This document shows positions 34,128 through 45,912 of a stretch of DNA of 64,000 nt, one piece after another; positions within the stretch are counted from its first letter, which is position 1, and every line of letters begins with the position of its first letter. Source of the DNA: an uncultured Nitrososphaeraceae archaeon (GTDB lineage: Archaea; Thermoproteota; Nitrososphaeria; Nitrososphaerales; Nitrososphaeraceae). Below the pieces are notes generated by a model. The model was not told where the DNA came from and did no database searches. It saw nothing but the letters and a program-made list of their open reading frames with translations. Where the stretch lies: the NCBI GenBank assembly GCA_963765895.1, contig CAVXZB010000023.1, positions 224,001 through 288,000 on the forward strand. The letters are read 5' to 3'. The position numbers and the translations under genes were made by a program.

Positions 34128-35474
34128 ATGCTAAGAAGACTATCATTTTCATTCCTGCTAGTTAGTGTTTTTCTTTTGTTGTCGATTGGTCCAAACATCA
34201 ACCTTCGCATGAACTATCAATCGATATATGCCCAGGGGAATGCTGTGAATAATACTAGCAATGTGCCTTCAAGAGTAATGGAAATACCGGGTTCTTTGTT
34301 TGCCCACAATCCCGGAACACCGGTCTTAAAAGACCTGCACTTGAAAGCAGATATGGTCGTTAGCGGATTGAGCCTTCCCACCACTATAGCCTTCGTAGGG
34401 AATAACGACATCTTGGTATTAGAAAAGGCCAAAGGTACTGTAGAGAGGATCCTAAATGGCAAGGTATTGAGTAAACCTCTTCTAAAGGTAAACGTGGAAT
34501 CACAGGTAGAAAGAGGGATGCTTGGAATTGCCGTTGCACATAATAGGAACGGTCCTACGTATGTTTTCTTGTACTTTACTGAGAAGACAAATTCATTAAC
34601 TAGTAATCCTGATGGTAGTGCATCTGTTGCGAATCGTGTATACAGATACGAGTATGTTGGAGGGAGACTCATCAATCCGAAGATTATTTTGGATCTACCC
34701 GCTACTCCAGGACCAAGACATAACGCTGGCTCGATAGTAGTTGGTCCAGATAATAATTTGTACGTCCCAATCGGAGATGTAGATGGTCATAGTAGTCAAG
34801 CACAGAACGTACCTGACGGAGGACCGGCTGACGGCACAGGTGGGATACTTAGAATCACTCAAGATGGCAAGCCCGTAGGTAATGGGATACTTGGAACTAC
34901 CAGTCCTATAAACAAGTACTACGCCTATGGGATACGAAATACCTTTGGATTAGGTTTTGATCCTTTGACTAAAAATTTGTGGGACACAGAAAATGGTGCA
35001 GGTTCAAATGATGAAATTAATTTGGTGAAACCAGGATTTAATAGCGGATGGGTGCAAGTCCAGGGAAAAGCGCCTCCGGATTTCGACTACTCTCAGTTAT
35101 TTACCTTTGGCGGTAAGGGTAAATATCACGATCCTGAGTTTTCGTGGCATGATACAACCGGTCCTACTAAGATACTTTTTCTTAACTCTTCAAAACTAGG
35201 GAAAAATTATGAAAATGATGTCTTCGTATCAGATATTCACCATGGTAGAATATTTCATTTTAAGATGAACGCAAATAGAACAAGTCTAGCATTACAAGGT
35301 CCCCTCGCTGATCGAGTATCTGACACAGATAACGAAACAAACGGATTGATATTTGGATCTAATTTTGGTGGCATATCAGATATGGAAGTCGGTCCTGATG
35401 GTTACTTGTACATAGTTTCACTTGGTCGGGGCTCGATATATAAAATAGTTCCTAACCTAGAGATCATAAGATAG
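34128..35474 (+). CDS. Secreted PQQ-dependent glucose/sorbosone dehydrogenase-family protein
   Basis: ERGMLGIA, HNAG, GPDNNLY, YGIRNTFG, TENG, DEIN, GFNSGW, GPDGYLYIVS. Confidence 0.9.
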   Translation: MLRRLSFSFLLVSVFLLLSIGPNINLRMNYQSIYAQGNAVNNTSNVPSRVMEIPGSLFAHNPGTPVLKDLHLKADMVVSGLSLPTTIAFVGNNDILVLEKAKGTVERILNGKVLSKPLLKVNVESQVERGMLGIAVAHNRNGPTYVFLYFTEKTNSLTSNPDGSASVANRVYRYEYVGGRLINPKIILDLPATPGPRHNAGSIVVGPDNNLYVPIGDVDGHSSQAQNVPDGGPADGTGGILRITQDGKPVGNGILGTTSPINKYYAYGIRNTFGLGFDPLTKNLWDTENGAGSNDEINLVKPGFNSGWVQVQGKAPPDFDYSQLFTFGGKGKYHDPEFSWHDTTGPTKILFLNSSKLGKNYENDVFVSDIHHGRIFHFKMNANRTSLALQGPLADRVSDTDNETNGLIFGSNFGGISDMEVGPDGYLYIVSLGRGSIYKIVPNLEIIR

Positions 35475-36158
35475 TAGTAGAAGTGCGCGTCCTTCATTCC
35501 TCTATCTTTTAGAAACCAGTAATTGTAATATTTGGATAGTTATTTATTATACATTGTAAGTTTTGTTCTGGGTTAATTGAATTCAATGTGAAGTAACTTC
35601 AGATTCGGATTTTTTAGTTCCGCCTGACTGCTCTGCAGTTTCGTTTCATCTCTCTGTTCTGCATTATATAACAGTACCTAGCGGCTAACTTGGGCATAAA
35701 TTTAAATTAAACTATCCTCTGGGTTATTGAAGATGTAATCAACAGATTAGGATTCTGTAACGAGGGTGATGATCAGGACGTTTGTTCGCCGTTATTATAT
35801 ATTCATATCTAAATCACATATGATATGTCGCAATCTTGCATACGGACGGTTCTCTGACAGCATATGCGACTGTCCTGCAAGGGTCTTAATTATTTGTGAG
35901 TGATAATAATGGCTACAAGTTTTGATGCCTAGGATCTAATGTTGCGTCACGCAGCGCTACACAGAGCACATATCACAAGTCAATGCAGTCTTGGATAACC
36001 CCAGCATGACATTAATAAAAAGAGGTTTCAAGCGCCAATCGCAGAGACTGAGCTTGAATGGCATAATCTAGCTATCGAAAAATGACTAACAGCATTCCGG
36101 ACTACTTAACCGTAGCAGATTTATAGACGAGCAACATTACGACATTTATAGAAAAAAT

Positions 36159-36965
36159 TTGTGGACGCCTAATTCCGTCAATTCCCATCAAAGAAGAATT
36201 TCAGAAAATGTTCGCCGCGCCAAAGCTAAATACGCTATAGCAGTCTTGGTTGCGAGCCTAATTATTCAGTTATTACCGGGGGTACCATTGATGATGCCTT
36301 CCCAGCCCTCAACGACAACTAGCAAATCATTTTTGTATTCCATAGTTACACCCGTTCTAGCACAAAAAGTGCCAACAAATAGTACGTGCAATTGTACATT
36401 AGATACCACTACTTATGGTCACTTGTCTAAGAATGTCTCTGGTATTACTATCCCCAAGGTGAGGATTATACAAAATCAATCTTTACAGAGCCAGACTGAG
36501 GGCCACCTCACATGGAAATCAGTAAAACCAATGCAGTTGATGGGAATTCTGACCAATGGTTTCTTTCTTGGAAATTTTTCCAGTGGTACTGCCTCTACGG
36601 TTGCACTGAACTCATTAAATGTCAAACCGAATGACTCAATAGGCATTCAAATAGGTGGAGGAACAATCCCGACAACTGCAAAAGCAGAACTGTTGAAAGC
36701 GAATGTGAATGTGAATGGCACGCTCGCTCAAATTAAGACCGTTGGTAAACCGATATCTACTTTTGATGTAAATCACGGTAAGAATATGAAGATGGCTTTG
36801 GCAAAGAATAAACTTCTCGCAGGACTTGATCCTCATCCAAATAACTATCTACTACTCATGTCTTTAACATATGATGATGGTGTCAGATCAGCCGGCACAT
36901 CAGCTAAAGGATTAAACACAAATCCCATTGTGGCTATATATGAGACAGTGTTGCAGGTGGGCTAG
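36159..36965 (+). CDS. Secreted or membrane-anchored hypothetical protein
   Basis: 268-aa ORF with N-terminal hydrophobic segment; Thr/Asn/Ser-rich. Confidence 0.6.
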   Translation: MWTPNSVNSHQRRISENVRRAKAKYAIAVLVASLIIQLLPGVPLMMPSQPSTTTSKSFLYSIVTPVLAQKVPTNSTCNCTLDTTTYGHLSKNVSGITIPKVRIIQNQSLQSQTEGHLTWKSVKPMQLMGILTNGFFLGNFSSGTASTVALNSLNVKPNDSIGIQIGGGTIPTTAKAELLKANVNVNGTLAQIKTVGKPISTFDVNHGKNMKMALAKNKLLAGLDPHPNNYLLLMSLTYDDGVRSAGTSAKGLNTNPIVAIYETVLQVG

Positions 36966-37268
36966 AATAGTAACCTACTCGTTTAAGGACTGGATAATAA
37001 CAAAATAGAAGAATATCTTATAGATCTTCCGAAGACTTTCTATGGCTTTTACTAAGAATTATTTTAACGAAATCCTCGATTTTGGATCAATAATTGGTAG
37101 CAATATTGACATACCTTGAGCACGAATCAATGGTATCTGAATAGAATCAAGTAGTTACTACCAAAAATAAAACTAGCATCGTCAAAAAACTTAATTCTCG
37201 AATTGGAGTAATTTCACTTTGAAACAGATATTAATTCTACTGATTTAGAGCTATTTTCGAACCTATCA

Positions 37269-38654
37269 CTATAGATTGTCTTGTCCATAATTTCGCATTA
37301 TGTTTGCTATGCATTTAGTAGCTTTATTAATCAAATCCAATCTAGCGAATTCATTAGGTGAATGAGATCGATTGTATTTGTAGGATCCGCCTATGCAAAT
37401 ACATGGTGCACCGAGTATTTTCTTAAAATGATACATTGGACCCGAGCCCGCAGAAGAGACGCTAATCACTGCTTTTCCAAAGGTTTCAGTCGCAGCGCTT
37501 TTAACTGACTTTACAAATGGATCGTTTATTGATGTCCGAGCAGGCTTTACGCCATCAATCATTTTCAATTCTATGGAGTTTTCAAATCCCTTTTCTACAA
37601 GATGGTCCTGAAGGCGAGCAAATTGTTTCTCAGGATCCATATCTGGGACTAGTCTAAATTCTAGCCTCGCGATTGCCTTGGCAGGCAATACTGTCTTGCT
37701 GCCTTTACCAGTATAACCAGATGATAAGCCACAGATATTGCAAGTGGGCCTCTCAATCAGAGCCTTTTGGGGTTCAACTCCATCTAAGTTATTGACAAAT
37801 TTCTTTACTCCATATTCCTTCTTAAAATCATCTTTATCAAATGGTTCATTTTCTATAGCGTGAATTTCCTCTTCCGTCGTATTCTTTATGTCTCTGTACC
37901 ATTCATTGATCAAAATCCTTTCGTTTTTATCACTGATCGTGCCTAAGGCCCGCACTAATATCCACGCAGGGTTTTCCACCAAGACTGCCAAACTAGAATG
38001 AATGTCATGAGATGGACCTCTTGCGATCAGATCTACAGACAATATTCCCTTTAGTCCCAAATGTATAACTGCCCTATCCTTGGAGTCTACGAGACCAAAT
38101 TCCCAGATTATTCCATCGCAAGCAAATTTCTTCTCGTATTTGAAAAGAAATTCTTGAATATGCAAACTTCCTATCTCCTCTTCTCCCTCAACAATAAATT
38201 TTATGTTACATGGAACATCTCCTGTCTCTTTCAAATAATATTCGACAGCCTTAATTCGAGTAATTAACTCCCCTTTATCATCGGATGAACCACGGCCAAA
38301 AATGTAATTGCCGTCAATATCGCCACTGAATGGATCTACATTATTCCATAGATCTACAGGTCCTTCTGGCTGGACGTCATAATGATTGTAAAATAATATA
38401 GTCTTGCCTAATGGATTTGATCGTGATTTAACCTCACCAAAGACTATAGGAGGTATATCATCCTCTCCTTGATCATTTAGATAAATTAGCTCAGTTTTGA
38501 TATTAGCTTTAGTCATAGTTGCTGCCACAAGCTGTGCACATCGGACAAGATTTTGTTTATTTGAAGCACTGCTTGGCTGTCTAATCAGAGTCTGAAGATC
38601 AAGTACAATATCATGCATATTGGAATCGATGGCACAATTTACCTTCATGATCAT
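37269..38654 (-). CDS. M20 family metallopeptidase/deacylase (ArgE/DapE-like)
   Basis: YNHYDVQP, GRGSSDDKG, EGEEEIGS, DIHSS, HSPNE. Confidence 0.92.
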   Translation of the reverse strand: MIMKVNCAIDSNMHDIVLDLQTLIRQPSSASNKQNLVRCAQLVAATMTKANIKTELIYLNDQGEDDIPPIVFGEVKSRSNPLGKTILFYNHYDVQPEGPVDLWNNVDPFSGDIDGNYIFGRGSSDDKGELITRIKAVEYYLKETGDVPCNIKFIVEGEEEIGSLHIQEFLFKYEKKFACDGIIWEFGLVDSKDRAVIHLGLKGILSVDLIARGPSHDIHSSLAVLVENPAWILVRALGTISDKNERILINEWYRDIKNTTEEEIHAIENEPFDKDDFKKEYGVKKFVNNLDGVEPQKALIERPTCNICGLSSGYTGKGSKTVLPAKAIARLEFRLVPDMDPEKQFARLQDHLVEKGFENSIELKMIDGVKPARTSINDPFVKSVKSAATETFGKAVISVSSAGSGPMYHFKKILGAPCICIGGSYKYNRSHSPNEFARLDLINKATKCIANIMRNYGQDNL

Positions 38655-38749
38655 TTATCGCTTATTTAACGTAACAAGATGTAATAATATTTTCCAATAA
38701 TCTTTGCGTTTAGGGTATTTCTTCAATATTACAAATAATCAATAAATAC

Positions 38750-39285
38750 GTGCGAATGCTCTCACTATGTGAACTGATATAGAGCATAACATTATTATTT
38801 ATTCAAATATTGTAGATCTAGTTGATATTTTTATAAATTATTGCAAGTGTGCAATCTCTTCAAATGAAATTATTCTGATTTTAACGCATTACATTTCTGC
38901 GGCCAGGATATCAGAAATTTTGAAGAATAATATCGACGCTTTAGAGTCATATAAGGCAGATGGTTCAATCGTGATCGTGGATTCGAGAAGAGCATATTTT
39001 GGCCTGAAAAATGATTTTGTAGGGATAATGATAATGCTAAAAATGCTTCTCAGACGTAGAACTAAATTATCTAAAGATGGAATAATAGTGATCTCCGACA
39101 TGGGAAATTTCTTCCATCCTGTTTTGAGGATTCATGAGCTTTTCAAACATGAAGAGGAAATATCTTCCGCTGGATCTTTGCCGTTTAAGTTTTATTGCAG
39201 TTATACTACGTTTCATTTGAATTCCTTTAGCAAAGTACAAAAGCAAGAACTATTGCAAAAACATGATAGACTTGTTAATCTATGA
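38750..39285 (+). CDS. MEDS-like sensory domain protein (N-terminus out of frame near 38772)
   Basis: Open frame upstream of the tracked start reads EHNIIIYSN...EIILILTHY; then GSIVIVDS, ISDMGNF, FYCSY. Confidence 0.65.
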
Positions 39286-39517
39286 GGCACGGTTTGTAGA
39301 TACATTAATAGAGCGAAATAACCGTAATTTAATAGCATGCGATTGTCTCTTATCAGATATCGGCTTATGCGGATGAGAAGGATAACTAAGAACAAGCTTT
39401 TCCTGATCGTTAGGTCTCTGGTATTTTTCTACCTTAGCATCAAAATTAAGCTTGGATGGGTTTAGATAAACAATATCTACCAATGTTATAGTTTAAGCCA
39501 ACACTAATAAAATATAA

Positions 39518-39814
39518 TCATGGCCTATACCAATTTGAAAAGTTGCTTTCTTCTGATCTATTTCTCGACCAAATCCGTTGTTTCCATAAATATTTTATCA
39601 GGAGGAAATGCTTTGCAATAAATCCAAGAGATATCGAAATCGCACCTCCCACAAGAAATCGTAAGCCGATAATTTTGAATCCATCAGCCTCCTCCCTAAA
39701 AGATATAAAACTAATTCCTATAAGGATACAAACTATTCCAAAGGCCAGAATTATTATGCCCGCTATCAAGAAGGGTTTAAACAGCATGACTGACTCGTTA
39801 TTAGATTTAGTCAT
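39518..39814 (-). CDS. Small two-TM membrane protein
   Basis: Two hydrophobic helices, ATG start. Confidence 0.55.
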   Translation of the reverse strand: MTKSNNESVMLFKPFLIAGIIILAFGIVCILIGISFISFREEADGFKIIGLRFLVGGAISISLGFIAKHFLLIKYLWKQRIWSRNRSEESNFSNWYRP

Positions 39815-40912
39815 TGGCCCAACAGTAGTAATATGACTCGACTAATTAAGTTATTTAGATAATAATCTTCTCGGCTGAACAGACTACGATCAAGCACTGA
39901 TAATTTAGATTTCTTTTCAGTATGAAATTGGTATCACATAAATGTCAAAATGTCGACATTCTTAAAATATCCGATTAAACAAACTAAACAATGTCTATTT
40001 CAACCACCAATTCGTTGGTTGATCAAATAGATTTTATAAATCCAGTGGTTTTTCTCACTGGAAGGGTTAGAATATGTCAGCTGAGCACTAGCATAGTAGC
40101 GTGTGAATTGAAATAATTCAAATTAGTCTTATGGCTATTATGAGATGAGAATATAATATATCTATCAGTATAGCTATCGTTTGGCTAAATATTCCATAAG
40201 GCTCCAATTTAGCAATTATCGACAGTATAAAACCAACAAATGCTAGAATTTGTCTGCTCGTCCTCATAGGTCAACAACAAAATTGACAAAGCCGACCAAT
40301 TTTGCTCGCAAATTATCATATTATCCTTTGATTGGGCAAGTAAATATCGGATCCCTCAAGTTTTACATGCCTCACTTTTAGAGGCAGTTGATCCCTTTAT
40401 GAGTCTCCCATGATACCCTTGATCGCATTCACTGCAGTCGCTGCAGAATTAGCTGCAATATGATCCCCGATCATAGAAAGAGTAATTAAGATTTAATTAA
40501 GATTAACATAACTAGATATGCACTGTTTAATCTAAGTCGAGAGGGATTAACTACATGACATGATTAAAAATATTTCACTTGCAAATTCCTTCATTAAATA
40601 GTGAACCTCTTTAATACGAGGTCGACTTTAATATCTGCTGAGTTCTAAGGACGTGATTCTCGAAATTAGTGTGAACTCAATTTAATTTCCGAAACTTGAA
40701 TTAAATCTTTTGGTGTTTGCTTGCTCCAACTCTCACGTATTTAATGAATTATTTCGATATTGCTCATTATGAGTATCTTCAGGAGGCCTGGTTGATGAAT
40801 TCCAAGTTGTGCTTACCCCTTAATACGCAAACGACAGCCACGATAATTCTCAAATGCCAAAAGCGATATGGGAATAGAGTGTGAAGATCAACGAATTGAC
40901 CAAATTTTAAAT

Positions 40913-41203
40913 TCAGATATTTTCAGACTGATTCTCTTTCTTATCTGCTTTTCCAGAGTAATAATCCCTGAACTCCTGGGAAAAGTTGGCAGTCTCCGCG
41001 ATACTGAGCTGGTTGTTTGTGTGTTCTTCCTTAATCCAAATAATATTTCCATCAAGATCAATCTCTATTTTTTTCGAATTCTTCAGGTATCTCAAAATTG
41101 CGTTAATCATATGTAGGTTAAGTCTTGGGGCTAACAGTTTTTGTAAATTTCTAACCTTAGGATACCCATCTACCTTTCTCAAGGTGGCTATAAACAGGTC
41201 CAA
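40913..41203 (-). CDS. Putative winged-helix hypothetical protein (start uncertain)
   Basis: INAILRYLKNSKKIEIDLDGNIIW resembles a helix-wing; the frame is open further upstream. Confidence 0.55.
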   Translation of the reverse strand: MDLFIATLRKVDGYPKVRNLQKLLAPRLNLHMINAILRYLKNSKKIEIDLDGNIIWIKEEHTNNQLSIAETANFSQEFRDYYSGKADKKENQSENI

Positions 41204-41663
41204 GTGTTCATCTTTAAATTCTACTGGGGATATAGTTTTATTTTTTCTTCCCTTATTTTTCAGTTTAAATCGTAATCACCACGTACTAAGTAGGAGCAAC
41301 TTCGGTTGCAAATATATTAAATGAAGTCTCTCATATTAACTAATAACTACTACAATTATGCATCTTTACTTCGATATAGTCGCCGTTTAAGTTGTTGACC
41401 ATATCTTGCTTTGATGAATATAGCACCATTTAGAGATTAGAACTAAGATAGTATGGATTCCGACTAGTATGACCTCTTGCAGTGGTGTAGCTAAACTTAA
41501 ATCTACCTTCAGATAGGATTGGTCCATTCACTATACTCAAACACCTGAGAGAGACGTAATAATCCAATAATCAAGAATAAGCTTTGAGAGTTATCATATA
41601 CCTAAATTCGACTAAAGTAAAATTTCCATAAAATAGCTGTATTATCACAACACGATTAAAAAA

Positions 41664-42011
41664 TTATTTAGATTCGGAGACTATGTCACCATCGATGTGC
41701 TCAACAAAATATGTTGTGCCATCTTTCTTATTTTGAACTTTCCACGCAAAATAGTTTCCCCCACTAATCGTGGAAGCTGCGGTACCTAGATATTGTCCTA
41801 TAGAATTCGAGTTTGCGTTAGATTCATAAAATTCACCATTTCCCTTAATATAGACATAACCCACCGCAAAATCTTTTGGACTAAGATGCATTGAATTCTT
41901 TTGGGCGAGAACTATAGAAATGGCAACTTCTGGCGGAATGGGAATTCGGTTGATAGTCGGCTGATCAAGTGAACCCGTTAAAGCCATATAAACTATGATA
42001 CGTTGCACCAA
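41664..42011 (-). CDS. Hypothetical protein or fragment of a surface protein
   Basis: 115-aa ORF; C-terminal AWKV...YFVEHIDGDIV is PepSY-like. Confidence 0.4.
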   Translation of the reverse strand: MVQRIIVYMALTGSLDQPTINRIPIPPEVAISIVLAQKNSMHLSPKDFAVGYVYIKGNGEFYESNANSNSIGQYLGTAASTISGGNYFAWKVQNKKDGTTYFVEHIDGDIVSESK

Positions 42012-42737
42012 TTCCTATTCCAAGAGATAGGATCACTTTTTTATCCAATCTTAACTATTCTTGTAGAATATTCAAATATAAACCTAAAATTTATTCACGT
42101 TCGAAACATAATCCCAACATTCTTCTCCTACCAATTAAGAGATGCAGGTGCTTGCATAATGGAAGTAATTGAGGACTAATCGATCAGTACCTACTCACAC
42201 TTCGTCAATTTAACTGTTTAATTCAATCGTTTTGAGCAGGATAGGAGATAGTGAGTATCACACTCGGGCCTGACTTGTAATACGGAATGTACAAGACTCC
42301 CTTTCACCATCATTAAATACATATGTAACGTCCCGCGAATATCGAATAATGCCACTCTTAAGCGATACCATAATGCGTAGCAACAATATAATTCACGCGC
42401 TGGAGATTGATAGGATCCACGATGCATAATTTTTTGGCATACTACGATTTGCCATTAATGTACTAATGATACCTAACAGAATAATACCGCTAAATATGAT
42501 TAATAGAACTTATTATTTTTTGATAGACTTTGTCCTGAATATATCCAAATTTGTGTTCGTAACTTTTCTTCCAGAATCTTAAAGCTCAAGTCCAGTTGAT
42601 TTATTTTATCATTCTACTTGAAGACATATTATGTATCTTCTATTATTTTGGTGGAATTCGAATATTTGTTTAGCTGTAAAACATAAAAGTGATTTTGCTC
42701 AACCAATATGAATATCGTAGTGGAGATCTATATTCTA

Positions 42738-43763
42738 TTAAGAGTATTCCGTGTTTGTGAAGCCATCGCTATTTACACTAGTTCTAATGTATTTCCGTGC
42801 GATTCCATTCATAGTGAGCCAAACGCCGGCTCCTATGCACAATCCTATGATGAATGTTCTAGTAAATTCGTAAATCGGTTTTTGGATTGTATCAATATAA
42901 TTGCTATTTCGAATAGCATTGTTACTCACAACTTGAAGACTATCTGAATTCAACAAAATTGATGACCCTTCATACATGGAGTCTCCTGCATATTTTAACT
43001 GGAGATTCCTCGGACTGTTATTATTATTCATCGAATTACCATTTGTTATATATTGTTGAATCGGAATTACTGCTTTGCCACTATGATTCGTGATGGCTGT
43101 GGTTCTTTTCCCGTTTATTGCATCTACTAATTGTATTAGAGATTTCGAAATCCCATTATTAAGATCCTCTTTATCAACAAGGGTTGTTGACAGAAAACCA
43201 TCACTTTTATTCATAATATTTGGACCAATATTCCTATCAGCGGAAATGACAGTGCCATGTCGCTGTACTTCAATTGCGTATGTTTCACTATGTATGTTAT
43301 GACTAGTCTCGAGACTGCCCGCTTCATATATATTCAGGTTATTCGTGCTTCTTAAGAATGCCGTCAATTTTTGAGGATTAGAACTGCTCGCTGAAGCAGT
43401 GTAGACATGATACACAGGTCCCCATTTTCCATCACTTGAAGTTATTGGAATGCCAAGAGATTGAATACCATCTCCCCAGTCAACATCTATTTGATAATCT
43501 CTTGAATGAGCATGCTCCGTTACGCCTATCACTCCGACCTCATCGGTTCCCCACCTTGGTGAGGTATTAGCAATGAGGGCAATCGTTATAGACGGGACGC
43601 TCTTTGCTGAAACTTCTATTACCCCATTTACAAGGTATTCCAAAACGAGCAGAGAAAAACCGAATAATAAGATAACTATTACCTTATTCGGTAGTATCTG
43701 TTTCACATGCAAAAGGCGCGAAGCAAGCATTGCTAGTCGTCTTACTCGTAAGATCTCCTTCAC
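42738..43763 (-). CDS. Surface protein with PKD/Ig-like domains and C-terminal TM anchor
   Basis: Signal/TM segment, VDWGDG...HVY (PKD-like), TNHSGKA...YAGDSMYEGS (Ig-like), C-terminal TM. Confidence 0.7.
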   Translation of the reverse strand: MKEILRVRRLAMLASRLLHVKQILPNKVIVILLFGFSLLVLEYLVNGVIEVSAKSVPSITIALIANTSPRWGTDEVGVIGVTEHAHSRDYQIDVDWGDGIQSLGIPITSSDGKWGPVYHVYTASASSSNPQKLTAFLRSTNNLNIYEAGSLETSHNIHSETYAIEVQRHGTVISADRNIGPNIMNKSDGFLSTTLVDKEDLNNGISKSLIQLVDAINGKRTTAITNHSGKAVIPIQQYITNGNSMNNNNSPRNLQLKYAGDSMYEGSSILLNSDSLQVVSNNAIRNSNYIDTIQKPIYEFTRTFIIGLCIGAGVWLTMNGIARKYIRTSVNSDGFTNTEYS

Positions 43764-44074
43764 GGATGATAAATAAGATTGGTTTCTATTTTGCTTAGCT
43801 ATTATTTGTCTATGAATTATTTACATCGTTAATGAGAGAAAATTAATGCTAATCATAAACCGGAACGGAGACATAACCGAATAGTATCTTTCAGTAAACC
43901 AGTTTGGATTAACCTTTACCTCTGACTTTGTAAATGTAATCTTAAATCTAGTCAATATCCATCAGGGTTCTTTTAAAAAAATAACCTGAAATTCGCCTTC
44001 TATGCTTTATTCCACTAAGAAAAGGATATAACTAAAATTGTTTGCCTCGAAAAGAGGCAAAATGATATAAGTGT

Positions 44075-44296
44075 TTGGATTTAGCTAGATTTTCAAACTG
44101 CCTAACATCATTTCAATCCTTGTGTTACTTTTTTGCAGTCCTAATAGTGAACCCAAAAGCAGACGCTGAAAACTATATTCAATTAGTACCGGCTAAAACT
44201 GGCTCATTAGTAGACCAAGCTGGCAGACAGAATATTCTAGGAGTTGTAGCTAATATTGGACTGACGCCAGTTACAACCAATAGAGTCTTGTTGTAA
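44075..44296 (+). pseudogene. Probable truncated secreted-protein gene fragment
   Basis: Signal-like start then SLVDQAGRQNILGVVANIG, ending prematurely. Confidence 0.3.
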
Positions 44297-44867
44297 AAGA
44301 CAGAAACGATAGAGTACATATGAAATATTAATACAAATGACGTAAAAGAATAGGCAGCTGCTCACGGCAATAAGAGAGCACCGATTGACTGTTATGAGCC
44401 TCGTCATACTTATAATTAAGCTCGATGAATAAGTGGCATTAGGGCCATGCCTGATACGAGAGTGGCCACGATTATTAGACATTGTAGTTGCTAGGCCATT
44501 GATCTCCCCAGATATGAATTACCTCATATATGGAAATACAAATTTACCTGATAGGAGTTACATGGGATAGTTTGAAGTTATAATCAAGTCGAACTAGGCT
44601 ACTGATATCCTAGTCCTAGCAAGATGCGCTATAATGGCGATAAATACGAAAAGGAGTAACCGTCAAAGTTTCTAGATTAAGACAATATATATGAACTCTT
44701 CATTTCAGCAGGAGATCACAAAATATAGATTAGGAATTAATAATTTGACATAAATTGAATCATGATATCATTGTCATTAAAACACTCTAGATAGTAAAGC
44801 CTCTCGGGATATTGAATTACAAGTACTAAACGATATATAAAATAACCACATAAGTATTCATCCCTTT

Positions 44868-45467
44868 ATGCGGTTAAAGATATTGGGCGTAGGCGGCAGC
44901 ACGCGAGAAACTTCACGCAGTACGCTGGCATTAAAGATCATATTGGAGACTGCAAAGACACATGGTGCAGAATCGCGACTGCTTGATTTGCGAAAACATC
45001 CTTTACCATTTTACGATCCTAATGGATACAATAATGATATCGAGAGACATGATATTCTAAGGATTACCGATGACGTGAATTGGGCTGACGCTCTCATACT
45101 AGCATCTCCAGATTATCACGGTTCTATGTCAGGGACAATAAAGAATTTTCTCGATCATTTTTGGAGGGAATTTGCTGGCAAAACATTTACCTACGTCTGC
45201 ACGTCACATGAAAGGGGCTTGACCGTCATGGATCAGATGCGGACAGCTGTTCGACAATGTTATGGATGGAGTATGCCATACGGAGCGGCGATTAATGGTG
45301 ACCATGATTTTGATGAAGACGGAAGCATTACAAATCCTGCTTTAGAGAGACGCCTGAGAATGCTCGCTCGAGACTTGGTTATTTACGGTAGAATAATAAG
45401 AGAACAATTTCAAAATGATCTAGATAGTAGCGAAGTTGCGACATTTGCGGCCCAGTATAGAAAGTAA
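44868..45467 (+). CDS. NAD(P)H-dependent FMN reductase family flavoprotein
   Basis: GGSTRETSRS, LDLRKHPLPFY, ADALILASPDYHGSMSGTIKNFLDH. Confidence 0.92.
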   Translation: MRLKILGVGGSTRETSRSTLALKIILETAKTHGAESRLLDLRKHPLPFYDPNGYNNDIERHDILRITDDVNWADALILASPDYHGSMSGTIKNFLDHFWREFAGKTFTYVCTSHERGLTVMDQMRTAVRQCYGWSMPYGAAINGDHDFDEDGSITNPALERRLRMLARDLVIYGRIIREQFQNDLDSSEVATFAAQYRK

Positions 45468-45912
45468 TATAGCACAAGATTCAGATAATATGGTCGGGCA
45501 CCTCTAGGGTTGTTTTCCTTTCAAGAACTGGTATAGCAAATTTCAGATTTTCTTCTAGGTTCGATTTATCTTATGCGGCCAGAGCAGATTCATAATCGAA
45601 TATATATTCAATAAATATTCAATCAAAGATGACTTTTATGCCTACTAAAAAATCCCTCATATTATGAGTTGTTTTTGTATTCGACATGTCAAAATCTAGA
45701 TGCTATCTTTGGGAAAGGCGATACTCTTAATTTATTCACAGTTTATAACACTTTTCCACGTTGTACCATCACTTTGATCTATTTCATGAGTTCAGCGACC
45801 ATAATAATAATAATAGAAAGGACTTCTACTAGAAGACACTTAATTGCAACTTAATGAAGGATCACTCAGATTTGATGCTTTTTATACAGAATAATCATTA
45901 GAAGGTGTCAAG

